From Phoronis australis (Eukaryota > Animalia > Phoronida): DNA of 64,000 nucleotides. Where the stretch lies: assembly GCA_002633005.1 (NCBI GenBank), contig NMRA01000310.1, positions 314,624 to 378,623 of the forward strand, in the 5' to 3' direction. This document shows, piece by piece, positions 61,937-64,000 of the stretch (within the stretch, counting starts at the first letter, position 1; the number at the start of each line of letters is the position of its first letter). The notes below the pieces were generated by a model. The model saw nothing but the letters and a program-made list of their open reading frames with translations, made no database searches and was not told where the DNA came from. The translations under genes and the position numbers were made by a program.

Positions 61937-64000
61937 ATTTTCTTGTAGTTCTTCACTGTCCACTTGGAATGTTTATTGGTCCATTAACAGTTGACCTGCT
62001 TAAATGCTCATCTTGGCTACTGTGTAAAATTTCCTGAAAAACAAACCAGAGGTCAAAGGCTCATAAACCACTTAACAATAAAAAAATCTGAAGACTCCTC
62101 AGCACGTCAGCTTCCAGGAGAACTTATCTGTGGCATAACCACACCACAAACGCCACTTGCTGTTCTATAATTACGTTAAATCCTGAACTAATTCAGTTAT
62201 TGCTCAATATCAACAGTTCTGATTGGACCTGCTCGGTGGCACAGCTTTGTTCTCAGATTTCTGATAAATTTTGCCCAGCTGTGCAGGTGGATTGGATTTC
62301 AGTTTTCGACCAACTGCCCTCCTTGCAACATGTGTCTAGCAAGCTACATCCTTTACTGTGTTGATATATAGCCTTGTGGTCACATGACTATATTGGCAAC
62401 AACTGGTGGGGCAGTTAGAGGTGGAGCCAACACTCAAAGTCTTTGTGCTTATGCCCTAAAAATTAACCCCAAGCTAATGATAATTAGTTCAACTTCAGAC
62501 TTCTACATTCCACCTGTATTAACAGGAAAGGTTGTAGAACTCTTTAGCATAATGAGAGCACAAAAGTAACTTTAGACACAAGGATTACTAATACTGTTGT
62601 ATGAGACAGTCCAAGTTGACTAAGACAACATACAAATTTGTTCATTCGCAGACATTTTTATGAGAACCATTTGAATATTCCACTGCACGATAGCAGCATT
62701 GCGGCTAGCTGCGTGATTGCAAAGAATTAAAAAATGGTGTGCAATCCCACCGCAAAGATATTCTGTTATATTGGACATTTCTGTGTGAAGCATTTGAGTA
62801 TCCCATCTCACAACAGGAGTATTGTTACACTGTGATGTGAAAAAACGCTGTGAAGTCCTGCTGCCTTAAATATTTATTCAGATGAACAACAGGTGGCTCT
62901 GTACAATTTCCACCTAATGCTCTGTGTCATCTAGCCATAAAAAATATTGGAGAATATCTTTTACACCCAGGCCTTGTCCTGTGAGACCTGGGGACCCTCA
63001 TCAAGGTACACACACCTTTGTGTTCTGGCTTTTTAAGAATATTTTTGGAGGGCCATTTCCTAAGTAATACCACCGAGTAGATATTAGTCTCACTAAGCGC
63101 AGTTTATGAAATGTTATTCACAGTATTGAGAATACGCTTGAAAACACCCTGCAGCACACACTTTGCGCATGTTAGGAACCATGTAGGAAACTGCACAATG
63201 CAGGAATATTATTACATACCATAGGACAATGAATGATTTCTTATGCAGCACAACAGTGTGAGTCGTATTAATTTTCTCGGAGGTGATGTCAAAATAATTT
63301 TAATGAGCATTTATAATGTTAAAATGAAGCACGTTGTGCTCTTTCATTTTAAGCAGGAGAAGTGTGTTATTACTGTAATGTTGTTTTATTTTTAACAAAA
63401 TGCAAACCTGGATCAACGCTGACTGAGCGTACGTAGTGAAAGAGCCCCTGAAGTGTTATGTTACCTTTTTGAAGGCAGTTTTTGGTCACCGTGACTTGTT
63501 CTGCTTGCTGCAAAGTTCAGCTATTACTGTAGACTATAGACTATTGCAGTGCTAGCGGTGTGAAAAAAAGGGAATTTAAACAAGTTTTCAGAGTTTATTG
63601 TACCGATACCCATGCTTTTATTTGTGGAAACATACAATTGATTTTTAATTCATGTAAAGGCAAAACGCTGGATTCCCATTTTGCGCGAAGGCCTATATTT
63701 TGATATTATTTCAACAGAGGTAATTACAATTCCAGGGCTTAAAATTTTTTTCTTTTAAGATGATTTCCTCTTTTAGGTTTTATTCGTGCAAAAAACATTT
63801 ATGTCAGTTAAATTTTACACAAAAATGTTTCTTTCACACAAGTCTGTAGGTTTGTGGAACGATACATCACTTGGAAAATTTTCCTCTTTTTTATCTTTGG
63901 TCATTCCTAGCCCTGCAATTCCTACATTGACCAGATTCCTACATGATTCCTGACATGTACACAAAAATCTATCATTGTCATCAGCTTGCTTGTACAAAAC

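Noticed and set aside
62280-62900. Proneural-type E-boxes (GCAGGTG, ACAGGTG) upstream of the scabrous-like coding start
   Set aside because: 7-mers at this density are expected by chance; no clustering or conservation evidence available

Overview
Eukaryotic (bilaterian invertebrate, probably lophotrochozoan - inference) genomic DNA, AT-rich, with assembly gaps at 752-876, 7523 and 59273. Two spliced protein-coding genes can be reconstructed by hand. (1) On + an 18-coding-exon, phase-consistent TBC1D2/TBC1D2B-like Rab-GAP gene (ATG 27865; N-terminal PH domain, Ser-rich linker, coiled coil, TBC domain with intact IxxDxxR and YxQ fingers; 760 codons up to 53600) whose TBC domain is unfinished and must continue beyond the window. 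(2) On - a 4-coding-exon, 756-aa secreted coiled-coil + fibrinogen-C protein closely resembling Scabrous (61936->55077), lying wholly inside that last TBC1D2-like intron; part of it is repeated across a 1-nt gap, most likely an uncollapsed haplotype overlap. The 28 kb upstream and the introns are rich in mobile DNA: a 5-kb P-superfamily-like element (29-bp perfect TIRs, 7-bp TSD) carrying a nested 1.3-kb Kolobok-type THAP element built from two inverted 5' ends, a Penelope fragment with inverted pLTRs, 14-bp TSD and hammerhead-like relics, a CR1/L2 3' end, Helentron-like elements whose internal units carry CTCF-consensus motifs, Harbinger/Tc1/Kolobok-type MITEs, a tRNA-derived SINE and several minisatellites. 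Several splice-level oddities in the TBC1D2-like gene (duplicated acceptor, candidate cassette/alternative first exons, inverted MITE pair around PH exons) are flagged. No CRISPR, rRNA or bona fide tRNA genes were seen. All calls are from manual reading; no database searches were run.
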